Positions 9,944-19,612 of a stretch of 60,742 nt of DNA are shown one piece after another; position 1 is the stretch's first letter; every line of letters starts with the position of its first letter. Below the pieces are notes generated by a model that had not been told where the DNA came from, made no database searches, and saw only the letters and a program-made list of their open reading frames with translations. The DNA is taken from IMG/VR virus record IMGVR_UViG_3300010998_000812; one strand, given 5' to 3'. Position numbers and translations under genes: made by a program. This DNA comes from an uncultured virus (IMG/VR IMGVR_UViG_3300010998_000812) (taxonomy: Duplodnaviria; Heunggongvirae; Uroviricota; Caudoviricetes).

Positions 9944-10705
9944 ATGGACATGAATAATATTATCTTAAAACAAGGCGATTGTCTAAGAGTGATGCCAGAA
10001 ATTCCGGAAAAATCCGTGGATATGATACTATGCGATCTGCCGTATGGAACCACAAAATGCGCTTGGGACGTAATTATACCGTTTCAGGATTTGTGGAACG
10101 AGTATCTCAGGATAGCCAAAGACAATGCTTGTATCGCATTGTTCGGGCAAGAGCCATTCAGCAGTCTTCTCAGAACCAGCAATATAAGCATGTACAAATA
10201 TGATATATATTGGGAGAAAGAGAGGCTTACGAACATAAATCAAGTGAAAAGACGAGTCGGAAAGACCGTAGAAACAATCAGCATCTTTTACGACAAACAG
10301 TGTACATATCATCCTCAAATGCTCGTACACAAAGGTAAGCCGGTATCAAACAAAGTAAAGAGCGGCAGACTTGGAAAGCTGACAGACAGCCAGAATAAGC
10401 AGGTCAGAGAGTATATCGATACAGGCTATAGATACCCTACACAAGTCTGGAAATACCAAAGGGACTGCCTGACAAGCAATCTTCACCCGACACAAAAGCC
10501 GGTAGCTTTACTTGAAAACCTCATAAGAACATTTACTGATGAGGGAGATACCGTACTGGACTGTTGTATGGGCTCCGGTTCAACAGGTATTGCTTGTATA
10601 AACACGGGAAGAGGCTTTATCGGGATTGAATTGGAAGATAAATATTACAAAATTGCTGAAAACAGAATTAAAAATCATGTTCAAGCGTCAATAATACAGG
10701 GATAG
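9944..10705 (+). CDS. Orphan N4-C/N6-A DNA methyltransferase (beta class)
   Basis: DLPY motif IV, HPTQKP, DCCMGSGSTG motif I; CATACTA promoter at 9899. Confidence 0.92.
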   Translation: MDMNNIILKQGDCLRVMPEIPEKSVDMILCDLPYGTTKCAWDVIIPFQDLWNEYLRIAKDNACIALFGQEPFSSLLRTSNISMYKYDIYWEKERLTNINQVKRRVGKTVETISIFYDKQCTYHPQMLVHKGKPVSNKVKSGRLGKLTDSQNKQVREYIDTGYRYPTQVWKYQRDCLTSNLHPTQKPVALLENLIRTFTDEGDTVLDCCMGSGSTGIACINTGRGFIGIELEDKYYKIAENRIKNHVQASIIQG

Positions 10706-10740
10706 CAGTTCTTAAGGAAACTTAGGAGCTGTTTCTTTTT
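10706..10740 (+). terminator. Terminator nearly identical to 9839-9876
   Basis: CAGTTCTTAAG-GAAA-CTTAGGAGCTG followed by T-tract. Confidence 0.8.
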
Positions 10741-10750
10741 GAAAATATCC

Positions 10751-10800
10751 TGTGTACGAGATACAATAGATTGCAATTTTCCTTCCGAAAAGTCATACTA
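10751..10800 (+). promoter_or_regulatory. TGTGTACGA-box CATACTA promoter upstream of ncRNA copy 2
   Basis: TGTGTACGA at 10751, CATACTA at 10794. Confidence 0.75.
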
Positions 10801-10818
10801 ATGACAGATAAATAATTC

Positions 10819-10927
10819 GGGGTAGCTCGATGCCCTTGGGACGATGAAGTACTTATCAAGCATAGGTAACTCTCGTCAAGGTTAATTCACACATAGTATG
10901 CCGTGTGACGCTCTTTGAAGTGCGAGA
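10819..10927 (+). ncRNA. Dispersed structured RNA, copy 2
   Basis: Same blocks; P3 TCACAC/GTGTGA with loop ATAGTATGCC. Confidence 0.85.
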
Positions 10928-11012
10928 TGTGGAAAGCCATCGCGTTCAGACGAACACGACAGGTCAAAGCAGATTGATCCTACAACAATCACAAGCAGAA
11001 AGGAAAAACACC

Positions 11013-11891
11013 ATGAAAAAGAATGTAAGAGTTTATTGCGGAGCGTATTACGACACAGTCATTGAGATTCCGGACGATCTCAAAGACGAAAGAGAGACAA
11101 TGCACTACATCCAGTTTAATCAGGAGGAAATGCCGGTCAGCAAGCTTCATTACGAGTTAGGAGTTGAGCCGACAGCGTACGAGATACTCCCCGAACCCGT
11201 AGCTGAAGCGAGTGCTTATATAGACTCGCTCGGAGAGAACTATGACGAGAAAGAGATGGGGGTAATATCTCGTAAGGCTATAGAATACGGCATCATAAAG
11301 GTCGAGAAGAACGAAAACGGCTATGTAGGTATATTCAAGGATAATATCATACCGCTCGGCGGACACAACTTGGATGTCAAGAGGGACATCTTTGAACAGT
11401 ATCCTACCAAAACTCTATCACTTAACGTGATACAGTATTTCAATGGGCTGATGGTCAAGTCTCACTCTGAAAACAATCCCTCTGCGTGGCGTACGGCTTA
11501 TAACGAGCTGAAGGATGAGGTACACAGAGTAGAAGAGGCGGCAAAAGGTACTCCTCTTGCGGACTTGATGATGAACACTAAGGAACTGGCTCTCATAGGT
11601 TACGGTGCGGATTGGGTGATATCACACCATTACGAAGATATAGGGGAAAACAACAACCCCGGAACCGTTGTATTCAACCTTATAGGCGAGTCAACTCTGA
11701 ACGGGGAAGATTTCTTCCAGAATATAAGATTTGAAGGACTTGAGCCGGAGGATTACAGAGAAGGTAGGATTGTGAAGAGACTCTTTGATGAACTCAGGAA
11801 GAGAATTCCGCCTCAGTTTGAGAAAGAAGACGCAAGACTTATGGTAAAACTCGTCAGCGCGATAAACCATGCTTATGATATAATACAGTAA
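11013..11891 (+). CDS. Hypothetical mosaic protein
   Basis: AGAAAGG RBS before ATG 11013; the track start at 10905 lies inside the ncRNA. Confidence 0.8.
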   Translation: MKKNVRVYCGAYYDTVIEIPDDLKDERETMHYIQFNQEEMPVSKLHYELGVEPTAYEILPEPVAEASAYIDSLGENYDEKEMGVISRKAIEYGIIKVEKNENGYVGIFKDNIIPLGGHNLDVKRDIFEQYPTKTLSLNVIQYFNGLMVKSHSENNPSAWRTAYNELKDEVHRVEEAAKGTPLADLMMNTKELALIGYGADWVISHHYEDIGENNNPGTVVFNLIGESTLNGEDFFQNIRFEGLEPEDYREGRIVKRLFDELRKRIPPQFEKEDARLMVKLVSAINHAYDIIQ

Positions 11892-11943
11892 CATATTTCT
11901 CCGTAGCAGGCAAACCCGATTAACGAAAAGAAAGGAAAACGCA

Positions 11944-12825
11944 ATGAAAAAGTTCATATCAATAATTCTTACCGCAATAATAACGATAAGCATGTTTACT
12001 ATACCGGCATCAGCAGAAAAGCCCCCTTTGTCCATACCGGATGTACATACAGTATACTGTGACGGCTACACTAAGGTGTGGATATACTCAGCCGAGGGTG
12101 CTGAAATACGCTACACGTCAAACGGAGAGACCCCGACGGCATCTTCTAAGCTGTACACAGGTGGGGCACTCAAGGTGAAGAAGAATATCACGCTTAAGCT
12201 GAGACTATCCAAATCGGGATATAAAACCGGTATATATAAATGCAACGTCAAAGTGAAGTCGGTAGACTTTAAAGCTGCGGTCAATTCAGCAAAGCTGTAC
12301 CCTCCTCTGCTTTCGGGAACAAGTATAGATAGCTATGTAAAGGAGGCGGTAGATGCATGTACAACGGACGATATGACTACTTACGAAAAGGTACAGGCGT
12401 GCTATACTTGGCTCGTTAAGAACGTCAAGTATGAAAGAAGTTCGACGGCGCTTGTGTTTGACTGGCAAATGGAAGGACTCGCACATCCGGAAGATTATCT
12501 TATAGTTCTTCAGGCGGGATCCGCATTTAAGAACAATAAGGGCGTATGCGACAACTTTGCAGCAGCCTTTATGCTGATGTGTCGTTATATAGGACTTGAC
12601 GCATATTATGCGGGAGGAGAATGCAAGTCATCTTCCGGCGGATACACAGGTCACGCTTGGACAATCATCGAAGTCGGCAGTAAAATATATCAGTTCGACC
12701 CTATGCTTGATGCGTCTTATGCTCAGAAGAACGAACTTCAGGAGTCGTTCAAGTACTTTGCAAGAGAGGATGGGGATACGTTATACAGGAACAGAGAGAT
12801 ACTGGATTTCTTCTGGTTTGAGTGA
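11944..12825 (+). CDS. Secreted Fn3/chitobiase-C-like plus transglutaminase-like protein
   Basis: Signal peptide; IRYTSNGETPT motif; Cys-His-Asp triad GVCDNFA/GHAW/FDP. Confidence 0.85.
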   Translation: MKKFISIILTAIITISMFTIPASAEKPPLSIPDVHTVYCDGYTKVWIYSAEGAEIRYTSNGETPTASSKLYTGGALKVKKNITLKLRLSKSGYKTGIYKCNVKVKSVDFKAAVNSAKLYPPLLSGTSIDSYVKEAVDACTTDDMTTYEKVQACYTWLVKNVKYERSSTALVFDWQMEGLAHPEDYLIVLQAGSAFKNNKGVCDNFAAAFMLMCRYIGLDAYYAGGECKSSSGGYTGHAWTIIEVGSKIYQFDPMLDASYAQKNELQESFKYFAREDGDTLYRNREILDFFWFE

Positions 12826-12875
12826 TCCGGTTGACCGCAGCGAATGACAAACGATGAGAATATGAGGAGAAAAAG

Positions 12876-13757
12876 ATGAAGAAAGTCATAAGTTTTATAA
12901 TGTCAATAGTACTGGCTTTAAGTTTGTTCAACTTTTCAGCATCAGCGGCAAGCGAAAAAGCCCCCAAACCGGTCATACACACCGAGTATTACGACGGGTA
13001 CACGCGGGTATGGTTCGACGCACCCGAAGGCGTTACTATCAGGTTTACGCACAACGGCGATGAGCCTACAGGCGAATCAAGGGTATATGAAGGAGAGAAG
13101 TTCCGTATTAAGCGAACGACTCGGTTCAGATTTCTTGTTTCGAAGGAAGGCTTAAGAGACAGAGAAGATGATTGCGATGTCAGAGTGATATACTCCAGCT
13201 TTGAGAGAGCAATCAACGCTTCAAGGCTGTATCGTACAAAGACAGGGGACGCTGAAATCGACAGATACATCAAGGAAGCGGTAGAGTCCTGCACTAATGA
13301 CGACATGACCACATACGAAAAGGTAAGAGAATGTTATCACTGGACAGTCAATAACATCAGCTTCCTGAACGATGAGACCACAAAGCTGTTTGATTACCAC
13401 AGAGACACTGTGGACGAAACATCTGAATATCTTATAGAACAGGCGAAGACATCTCTTAAGGGAAAAAGGGGTATAAGCGAAAACCATGCGACAATATTCG
13501 CGCTTATGTGTAACTATATAGGTGTCGGTGCTGCATTTATCAACAGGATAGATGGTTATGATTTGGATGAAGGGTACAAGGAATATGGTCATGCATATAC
13601 TGCTATATATGCAGGCGACAAAGTGTACTACTTTGACCCCAATATGGATGCCGAGGAGTTCTGGGAGCTTAACAGGTTATCTGATTATGACTACTTCGGA
13701 ATTAACGGATCGGATCCTCGGTACAGCAAGTGGAACATGATAGTATTCTTTAGGTAA
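12876..13757 (+). CDS. Paralogous transglutaminase-like protein with Cys-to-Ser at the catalytic position
   Basis: GISENHA/GHAY/FDP; shares CT.DDMTTYEKV with the upstream gene. Confidence 0.85.
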   Translation: MKKVISFIMSIVLALSLFNFSASAASEKAPKPVIHTEYYDGYTRVWFDAPEGVTIRFTHNGDEPTGESRVYEGEKFRIKRTTRFRFLVSKEGLRDREDDCDVRVIYSSFERAINASRLYRTKTGDAEIDRYIKEAVESCTNDDMTTYEKVRECYHWTVNNISFLNDETTKLFDYHRDTVDETSEYLIEQAKTSLKGKRGISENHATIFALMCNYIGVGAAFINRIDGYDLDEGYKEYGHAYTAIYAGDKVYYFDPNMDAEEFWELNRLSDYDYFGINGSDPRYSKWNMIVFFR

Positions 13758-13831
13758 GAGAAACCTCAAATCAGCAATCATACTAATATAGGTAGTATAT
13801 TCTACAATACTTAAGAAAGAGGTACAAGCCA

Positions 13832-14590
13832 ATGTATCAGACTAACATGATGATGCAGTCCGAGAATAGAACAATAACTCAGACGAGAGGCTGCTTTTCC
13901 GTGCTTGAGCATGCAAGGGACCTTTCTGTGACACCAAGTACAGCAGAGTCAGCGTATTTTTCCTACGAAATGGGAGTAAGGCGCAGACAGCTCATAGCCA
14001 ACCTTAACGGCAATGGTGTTATATTACAGGCTGGAGCCATGCAGATGATGCTCGGAAATATCGAAGCTGCGACTGATGTAAAGGGTGTAGGCGACCTTTT
14101 CAAGAAGATGGCATCATCGGCGGTAACGAAGGAATCGGCAATCAAGCCTAAGTACAGCGGTATTGGACAGTTAATACTTGAGCCTACTACCAGACATCTG
14201 CTTCTTGAAGACTTATCGGAGTGGGGCGGCGCTATGGTAATAGATGATGGACTGTTTCTTGCCTGTGACGCAAGCGTAAACCTTTCGGTTGTTGCAAGAA
14301 GCAATATATCATCGGCAGTAGCCGGCGGCGAAGGACTTTTCAATACCTGTATGCAGGGGATGGGCATTGTTGCACTTGAGAGCCCGGTTCCGAGAGAAGA
14401 ACTCGTTGTCATCGATTTGAACAACGACGTAGCTAAGATTGACGGCAATTTCGCAATTGCTTGGTCAAATACGCTTAATTTCACGGTTGAAAGAACGACA
14501 AAGACGCTCATAGGTTCAGCGGCATCCGGAGAAGGTCTCGTAAATGTTTACAGAGGTACCGGACGCATCTTGGTCGCACCGGTGGCATAA
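13832..14590 (+). CDS. AIM24-family protein
   Basis: QAGAM, GGEGLF and SGEGLVNVYRGTG motifs; CATACTA at 13779. Confidence 0.88.
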   Translation: MYQTNMMMQSENRTITQTRGCFSVLEHARDLSVTPSTAESAYFSYEMGVRRRQLIANLNGNGVILQAGAMQMMLGNIEAATDVKGVGDLFKKMASSAVTKESAIKPKYSGIGQLILEPTTRHLLLEDLSEWGGAMVIDDGLFLACDASVNLSVVARSNISSAVAGGEGLFNTCMQGMGIVALESPVPREELVVIDLNNDVAKIDGNFAIAWSNTLNFTVERTTKTLIGSAASGEGLVNVYRGTGRILVAPVA

Positions 14591-14610
14591 CAGCGTAGAT
14601 ACATTTTTTC

Positions 14611-14701
14611 AGAAGCGGGGTTATAAATAGCTCCGCTTCTTGTTTTAATCTGTGTACGCCGCACAAAATCATTTCAGTTTTCCCGCCGCTCAATCATACT
14701 A
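14611..14701 (+). promoter_or_regulatory. Terminator followed by TGTGTACG-box CATACTA promoter
   Basis: AGAAGCGGGG/CTCCGCTTCT hairpin; box at 14651; -10 at 14695. Confidence 0.7.
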
Positions 14702-14731
14702 ATATAGAGAGATATATAAAGGAAGGAGAAG

Positions 14732-15745
14732 GTGTTTAGACACCTGAAGACGCTGATGAATGTATCAATTTATGACAAGGTTAAAAATAGAACAGATGAT
14801 ACATATTGCAAGAGACAGCTGATAAGCGAAGCCCTACTCAGCCTTGCCAAAAAGCTCAATGAGTATTATAAGAGCATAGGCAATACCCATAAGGAGGAAA
14901 TGCTTATCGAAAATGCAGCTCTATTCTCGAAACAGATTAAGCTGTCAAAGCCTTGCTTTGAAGAGCTTAAGAAAATATTTGAGGAAAAGGGCAGTAACTA
15001 TGATTTGCTGCTCTACGACGATGGGTTTGATAGGTACAAAGCCTCTAACAAAAGAATAGGGGTTTTAGCGCTCTATTCGCTTTCCTTCAACAATAAGATC
15101 AACTACGATAAGCCATTTAACATTGAGTTTGTGGATAAGAAGAAAAGATGCACTCATCTTGCGTTTATTGCCGGCGATTTCATCATAGACCCTATCTTGG
15201 ATGTTAACGGCGAGCCTATAATGACCTATCTCTATAACCTCTACATAACCAATCCTGATATGAGAATAGCAGTATGGTCTTCGGTGAAAACGCCTCTTAC
15301 TAAGAGCCTTATGGCTTTCTCAGAAAAGAAAATTGGTATAAATAAGAGAACATTTGCTGAATATTGTGAGAATTTCAGCACGAAGGTCAAGGAAACTATC
15401 CACGAAGACCTGTATCTTATGAATACAGAGGTTCTTCCCAAGGCAGTCGGTACACAGCCTATCGTTGAGCATTCCGAATTGTCCGTAAAGCCTAAAAGAA
15501 AGAGACAGAGGAAGACAAAGGTAAATGTAGATACAGAGGAGAGTACAACTGCTGCTCCCAAAAAGAGGAGAAGAAAGCCTAAACCTGTTTTGGAAGAGGC
15601 AAAAAAGGAACCTGCGTCTAAAGAGAAACTGGAGGATAAAGAACCGGTCAAGCCGCAAATCAAGCACATACCGGGCGACGGAGATGCCATTAATGATGTC
15701 AGACGCAGGCTTATGCAGGCAATCGCTGATGTTGAGGGCAATTGA
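14732..15745 (+). CDS. Hypothetical protein with a basic, low-complexity C-terminus
   Basis: GGAAGGAG RBS, GTG start; K/R-rich tail. Confidence 0.8.
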   Translation: MFRHLKTLMNVSIYDKVKNRTDDTYCKRQLISEALLSLAKKLNEYYKSIGNTHKEEMLIENAALFSKQIKLSKPCFEELKKIFEEKGSNYDLLLYDDGFDRYKASNKRIGVLALYSLSFNNKINYDKPFNIEFVDKKKRCTHLAFIAGDFIIDPILDVNGEPIMTYLYNLYITNPDMRIAVWSSVKTPLTKSLMAFSEKKIGINKRTFAEYCENFSTKVKETIHEDLYLMNTEVLPKAVGTQPIVEHSELSVKPKRKRQRKTKVNVDTEESTTAAPKKRRRKPKPVLEEAKKEPASKEKLEDKEPVKPQIKHIPGDGDAINDVRRRLMQAIADVEGN

Positions 15746-15796
15746 CGATTTACTTAAGCCGTTTGTTTGACGACAACATATTGTATAGGAGACAAG

Positions 15797-16225
15797 ATGA
15801 TGGAAGGCAAGAACAAAACATTATGTTATATAATAGACGGGAAAGAACTATATCTTGATCACTCGCTCGTTGAAATAATACTTATAGAACAGGATTTTCC
15901 TTTGCTGTATGTGTGTACGGATAATGAGGGAGGAACGTATCTCTGTTTGTGTATAGATCCAGACGACGGAGAATACTTGGTTGCAAAAACAGACTCCGCG
16001 AATATTCGCAATTTGACAAATGGTAAAATATCTATGCGAGATGCTTTTAGACGCTCTAAGAAATTGACAAAGGTATTCTCCAGAAGCAGTAACATAAGCG
16101 AGGATATATGCCAGACTGTCAATTATGAAGACTTAAGCGACAACGATCTCCCAAAAGAAGGAGTATGTTTAATGGATAATGATGAGATGGAGAAAAGAAA
16201 AAGAGGAAGAAAGAGGAGAATGTAA
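15797..16225 (+). CDS. Hypothetical protein (possibly DUF6575-like)
   Basis: AGGAG RBS; D.PLL.VC.D and DLP.EG motifs. Confidence 0.7.
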   Translation: MMEGKNKTLCYIIDGKELYLDHSLVEIILIEQDFPLLYVCTDNEGGTYLCLCIDPDDGEYLVAKTDSANIRNLTNGKISMRDAFRRSKKLTKVFSRSSNISEDICQTVNYEDLSDNDLPKEGVCLMDNDEMEKRKRGRKRRM

Positions 16226-16290
16226 CGCAATGACTTCAAATGGACATTATATTTTTAAAGGTCTTTCGATATAACAACAATAAACATTAC

Positions 16291-16400
16291 GGGCTGGCTC
16301 GACAGCCTTGGGACGATGAAGTGGTATCTATAGCGGTACTAACTCTCGTCAAGGTCAATTCCTGCATAGTATTCCGCAGGACACTTGCGAAAGTGTGAGA
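16291..16400 (+). ncRNA. Dispersed structured RNA, copy 3
   Basis: P1 GGCTG/CAGCC and P3 TCCTGC/GCAGGA are compensatory variants. Confidence 0.85.
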
Positions 16401-16452
16401 ACGCGTCTACCTGTTCCACCACTGCAATAATTTATATTAAAGGAGATAAGAT

Positions 16453-16638
16453 ATGGAAGAATACTATAATCCGGATGTTTACGCAAAGAAAATGTTAGCG
16501 CTGCGTACAAACAATCAGCCTGTTGCGTACTCGAATAAGACCTATATATCGGCAACAGATACCTCAAGTAATATAACTATAACTAATACTTCTTTGTCGG
16601 AAGAGGATGATAGACATGAGCATAGCTCACGATTATGA
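16453..16638 (+). CDS. Small hypothetical protein
   Basis: AAGGAG RBS. Confidence 0.5.
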   Translation: MEEYYNPDVYAKKMLALRTNNQPVAYSNKTYISATDTSSNITITNTSLSEEDDRHEHSSRL

Positions 16639-17266
16639 AGAATACTTTAAGAGATACGAAAAATCAGAAATATACAGGACTATTTCCAAGTACTTCGATG
16701 AAAGCGGCTGCAACAAAATATCTCTTATAGGACCGTGCGCATCACTCTGCAAAAACTCTGGGTGCAAGGATGTGTATGAATGGAGATTATATTATCAGTC
16801 CACGGATTATTATTGTAATTTGCAAAAGGCTACAGCTCTACTTAAGGCAACGCTTGATGCTAACGGGGTTGTCTATGAGAATAAGGATGCGGGCTTATCA
16901 TTGCTCACTATGATATACTGGAAGACATGGATAGGCTGCGAGGCGGAAATAGCAGCTATTCACTTTCTTGAGAGAATGGACATCGAATGTACAATAGCCG
17001 ATAGAGAAACAGATCGAAAGTATGCGGTTGATATTCTCATACACAAGGGATCTGAAATAGTAGCGGGGATACAGGTGAAGCCGATATCGTACTTAAGAAC
17101 GCAGCAGCGGTTCAATCCTGAGAAAAATGATAGGTTTAAGAAAGATTACGGCTGCGATGTCTTGTATATGTTCTATAACTTTTCTGAAAAGAAATTCAGA
17201 AAAGAGGATGTTCGGACAATACGGGAGTATATGAAAACAATCTATAACGGGAAAAGATGCGCATAA
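16616..17266 (+). CDS. MjaI-like PD-(D/E)xK restriction-endonuclease-family protein
   Basis: EW..YY, TWIG.EAE, D..YAVD and GIQVKPISY motifs. Confidence 0.6.
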   Translation: MSIAHDYEEYFKRYEKSEIYRTISKYFDESGCNKISLIGPCASLCKNSGCKDVYEWRLYYQSTDYYCNLQKATALLKATLDANGVVYENKDAGLSLLTMIYWKTWIGCEAEIAAIHFLERMDIECTIADRETDRKYAVDILIHKGSEIVAGIQVKPISYLRTQQRFNPEKNDRFKKDYGCDVLYMFYNFSEKKFRKEDVRTIREYMKTIYNGKRCA

Positions 17267-17281
17267 ATAGGAGAAAAGGGT

Positions 17282-17491
17282 ATGAAAAAGGCAAAAAGGC
17301 AGAAAATGATACTTGAGTTCGGCGATGACAAATCATCGGACCGCTTAAAGCTTCATCTCAGCCCTATGCAGGAAGAAATCGTAAAGAGAGTATTAGGACT
17401 CAAATATGATACCAAAATAGGGTGTGTAGAGTATTATAACGACAATTCTCTGGAAAAAGTAAATGAAATGATACGAAGTAAGCTCAAATAA
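17282..17491 (+). CDS. Hypothetical protein
   Basis: AGGAG RBS. Confidence 0.65.
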   Translation: MKKAKRQKMILEFGDDKSSDRLKLHLSPMQEEIVKRVLGLKYDTKIGCVEYYNDNSLEKVNEMIRSKLK

Positions 17492-17696
17492 GACAAAATA
17501 ATGTAAAATAGCACGAAATAAACTCAAATAACAAATAGGCATCTACTCGCAATCCCTTTTGTACAGAGGATTTGCGGGTTTTTGTTTTTCCGACTGAACT
17601 ATCATACTAATGATGACGGGAAGAAAAAGCGATATTTCAATTCTCGTCAACAACACCCCAAGCGGGTGAATATTATAATCAAGGAGGTACTTAATC

Positions 17697-18392
17697 ATGA
17701 GTACAAGAAAAGTTTCAACAGTATATGGGTACATTGAGGAAAGTGAAGAAGAAACAATGACCCAAGAAGAGGTGCAAGAAAAAGTCAGAACCCATATTAA
17801 AGAAAAACTGAAGGCATACGCAAGCCTTCCAGAAGCAGAAGAAGATAAGTATGTAATACTTAACGAGCCCGAACATCAGTATGCAGATCACTCTAATCTT
17901 CATCAGATAAGGGCGTTAAGAAACTTCAAGACTGTTACCGGAGAAGAAATCAAGGTTGGAGATCTCGGAGGATACATTGAAAATGAAAGCAATCTTTCTC
18001 AAAAAGGAAATTGCTGGGTCATGCCTACGGGAACCGTACGTGGTAATGCTAAAGTTATTGATGACGCCTGTATTATCGGAGATGTTTATGAGAACGCCAC
18101 AATAGCTGACAACGCAATAGTAAAAGCGTATGTACATGGCAATGCATATGTCGGTATAGGGTGCGAGGTCAGCGGCGATGCTGAAGTTTTGGATAACGCC
18201 ATAATATTCAACGGATCAAAAATCGTTGAGGACAGTAGGGTCTGTGAAAACGCAATAATTATGGGAAATTCGATAGTATGCGGCGATGCTTTAGTGAAAG
18301 GCGACGCTATTATAGCAGCAGATGTATTGGTAGGAGCAGAGTCGGTAATTGACGGGGCTGCGAACATTGTATCTATGAAAGGGGAGGAATAA
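17697..18392 (+). CDS. Left-handed beta-helix (hexapeptide repeat) protein
   Basis: GDLGGYIENESNLSQKGNCWV followed by (GN/DN)A.(V/I) hexapeptide repeats; CATACTA at 17603. Confidence 0.85.
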   Translation: MSTRKVSTVYGYIEESEEETMTQEEVQEKVRTHIKEKLKAYASLPEAEEDKYVILNEPEHQYADHSNLHQIRALRNFKTVTGEEIKVGDLGGYIENESNLSQKGNCWVMPTGTVRGNAKVIDDACIIGDVYENATIADNAIVKAYVHGNAYVGIGCEVSGDAEVLDNAIIFNGSKIVEDSRVCENAIIMGNSIVCGDALVKGDAIIAADVLVGAESVIDGAANIVSMKGEE

Positions 18393-18397
18393 TAGCT

Positions 18398-19459
18398 ATG
18401 AGTACAAAGAAGACAGCACAGGTAATTAACGAGAACCAGCAGGCGGCTACAGCGCCGATAATTGAATGCCAGACGCTGGGCGAAGAACAGAAGGCTTTTA
18501 ATAAAAGGTTAGCCGAGGCAGCTGAAGAGGTCACTCTTAAGTATGCTATATCCGACAATCCGGAACACACAATAGAGTGGAAAGGACATACTCTTCACCG
18601 CATTGTGGCACTTAGGGACATCCCGCTTGATACCGGAGAGATAATCCTTAAGGGCAGCTATGGCGGGTATATTGAAAGCGAGAAAAACTTATCTCAGGAC
18701 GGGGATTGTTGGGTCGATGATAACGCCAAAGTCTATGAAGACGGTAAGGTGCTTGATAATGCTTATGTGTCGGGGCTTGCCGAGGTTTACGGAGAAGCCA
18801 GTGTAGAGAACGATGCGTCTGCAAGTGGACATGCCAAGATACGCGGACTTGCTTGGGTCTATGGAACAGCTATGATATCCGATAAAGCGAAAATAGGCGG
18901 GAACGCATGCGTGGGAGATGACGCTTATGTATGGGGGAAGGCTAAGGTTTCCGGAAATGCAAAGCTTCAGAACAACATGATGGTTGCAGGTGAAGCGAGG
19001 ATAAAAGGAGACGAGGACTTTCTGAACATATATCCTATTCTTCCTGAGGTAGAGGCTACATTCTATATTACGAAGAACGGGTACGTAGAGGTAAGTTCAA
19101 CAGATGGGATATTTGGTATCGAAGGCTTTAAGAACTATATATTCCAGTCTTCAGACGAAGAAACCTACAAGCACTGTATGGTTATGGTTGAAGCAGCTGA
19201 AAGGTACTTCAATGACAACAAAAGGTCGGCGAACAGAATTAAAGGCGAAGCAATCTTTGCGCTGGTCATGATGAATCAGGAGGCAGCCAAAGAGCACCCT
19301 GAGCGCGAAGAGAAGTGTATGTTTTGCGATGACTGTGGGAAACCCGGCATAGTTCCTGATGACAAAGGGAACCTCGTATGCACTCATTGCGGTAAGCTGA
19401 TAATGAAACGTAAGGGCGTCATGGCATACTTACGCACAAAGAGAGTCGATAACATATAA
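18398..19459 (+). CDS. Hexapeptide-repeat protein with C-terminal Zn ribbon, paralog of the upstream gene
   Basis: GGYIESEKNLSQDGDCWV; CDDC...CTHC. Confidence 0.85.
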   Translation: MSTKKTAQVINENQQAATAPIIECQTLGEEQKAFNKRLAEAAEEVTLKYAISDNPEHTIEWKGHTLHRIVALRDIPLDTGEIILKGSYGGYIESEKNLSQDGDCWVDDNAKVYEDGKVLDNAYVSGLAEVYGEASVENDASASGHAKIRGLAWVYGTAMISDKAKIGGNACVGDDAYVWGKAKVSGNAKLQNNMMVAGEARIKGDEDFLNIYPILPEVEATFYITKNGYVEVSSTDGIFGIEGFKNYIFQSSDEETYKHCMVMVEAAERYFNDNKRSANRIKGEAIFALVMMNQEAAKEHPEREEKCMFCDDCGKPGIVPDDKGNLVCTHCGKLIMKRKGVMAYLRTKRVDNI

Positions 19460-19477
19460 TTCGTACACACGGTATAT

Positions 19478-19577
19478 AAGAGAGGCAGGGAAGCCTCTCT
19501 TTTTTTGTTTTGATTTGCCCGCTGTCATACTAAATACAGCAATATTATATGAAGAATGGAGTATTATGAAGTTCTGA
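19478..19577 (+). promoter_or_regulatory. Terminator, CATACTA promoter and leader with MKF* minigene
   Basis: GAGAGGC/GCCTCTC hairpin; GTTTT-N14-CATACTA (19526); GAAGAATGGAG (19551). Confidence 0.7.
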
Positions 19578-19612
19578 TTATTATGCGAAATTTTATGAAA
19601 GGAAGAATTGAA

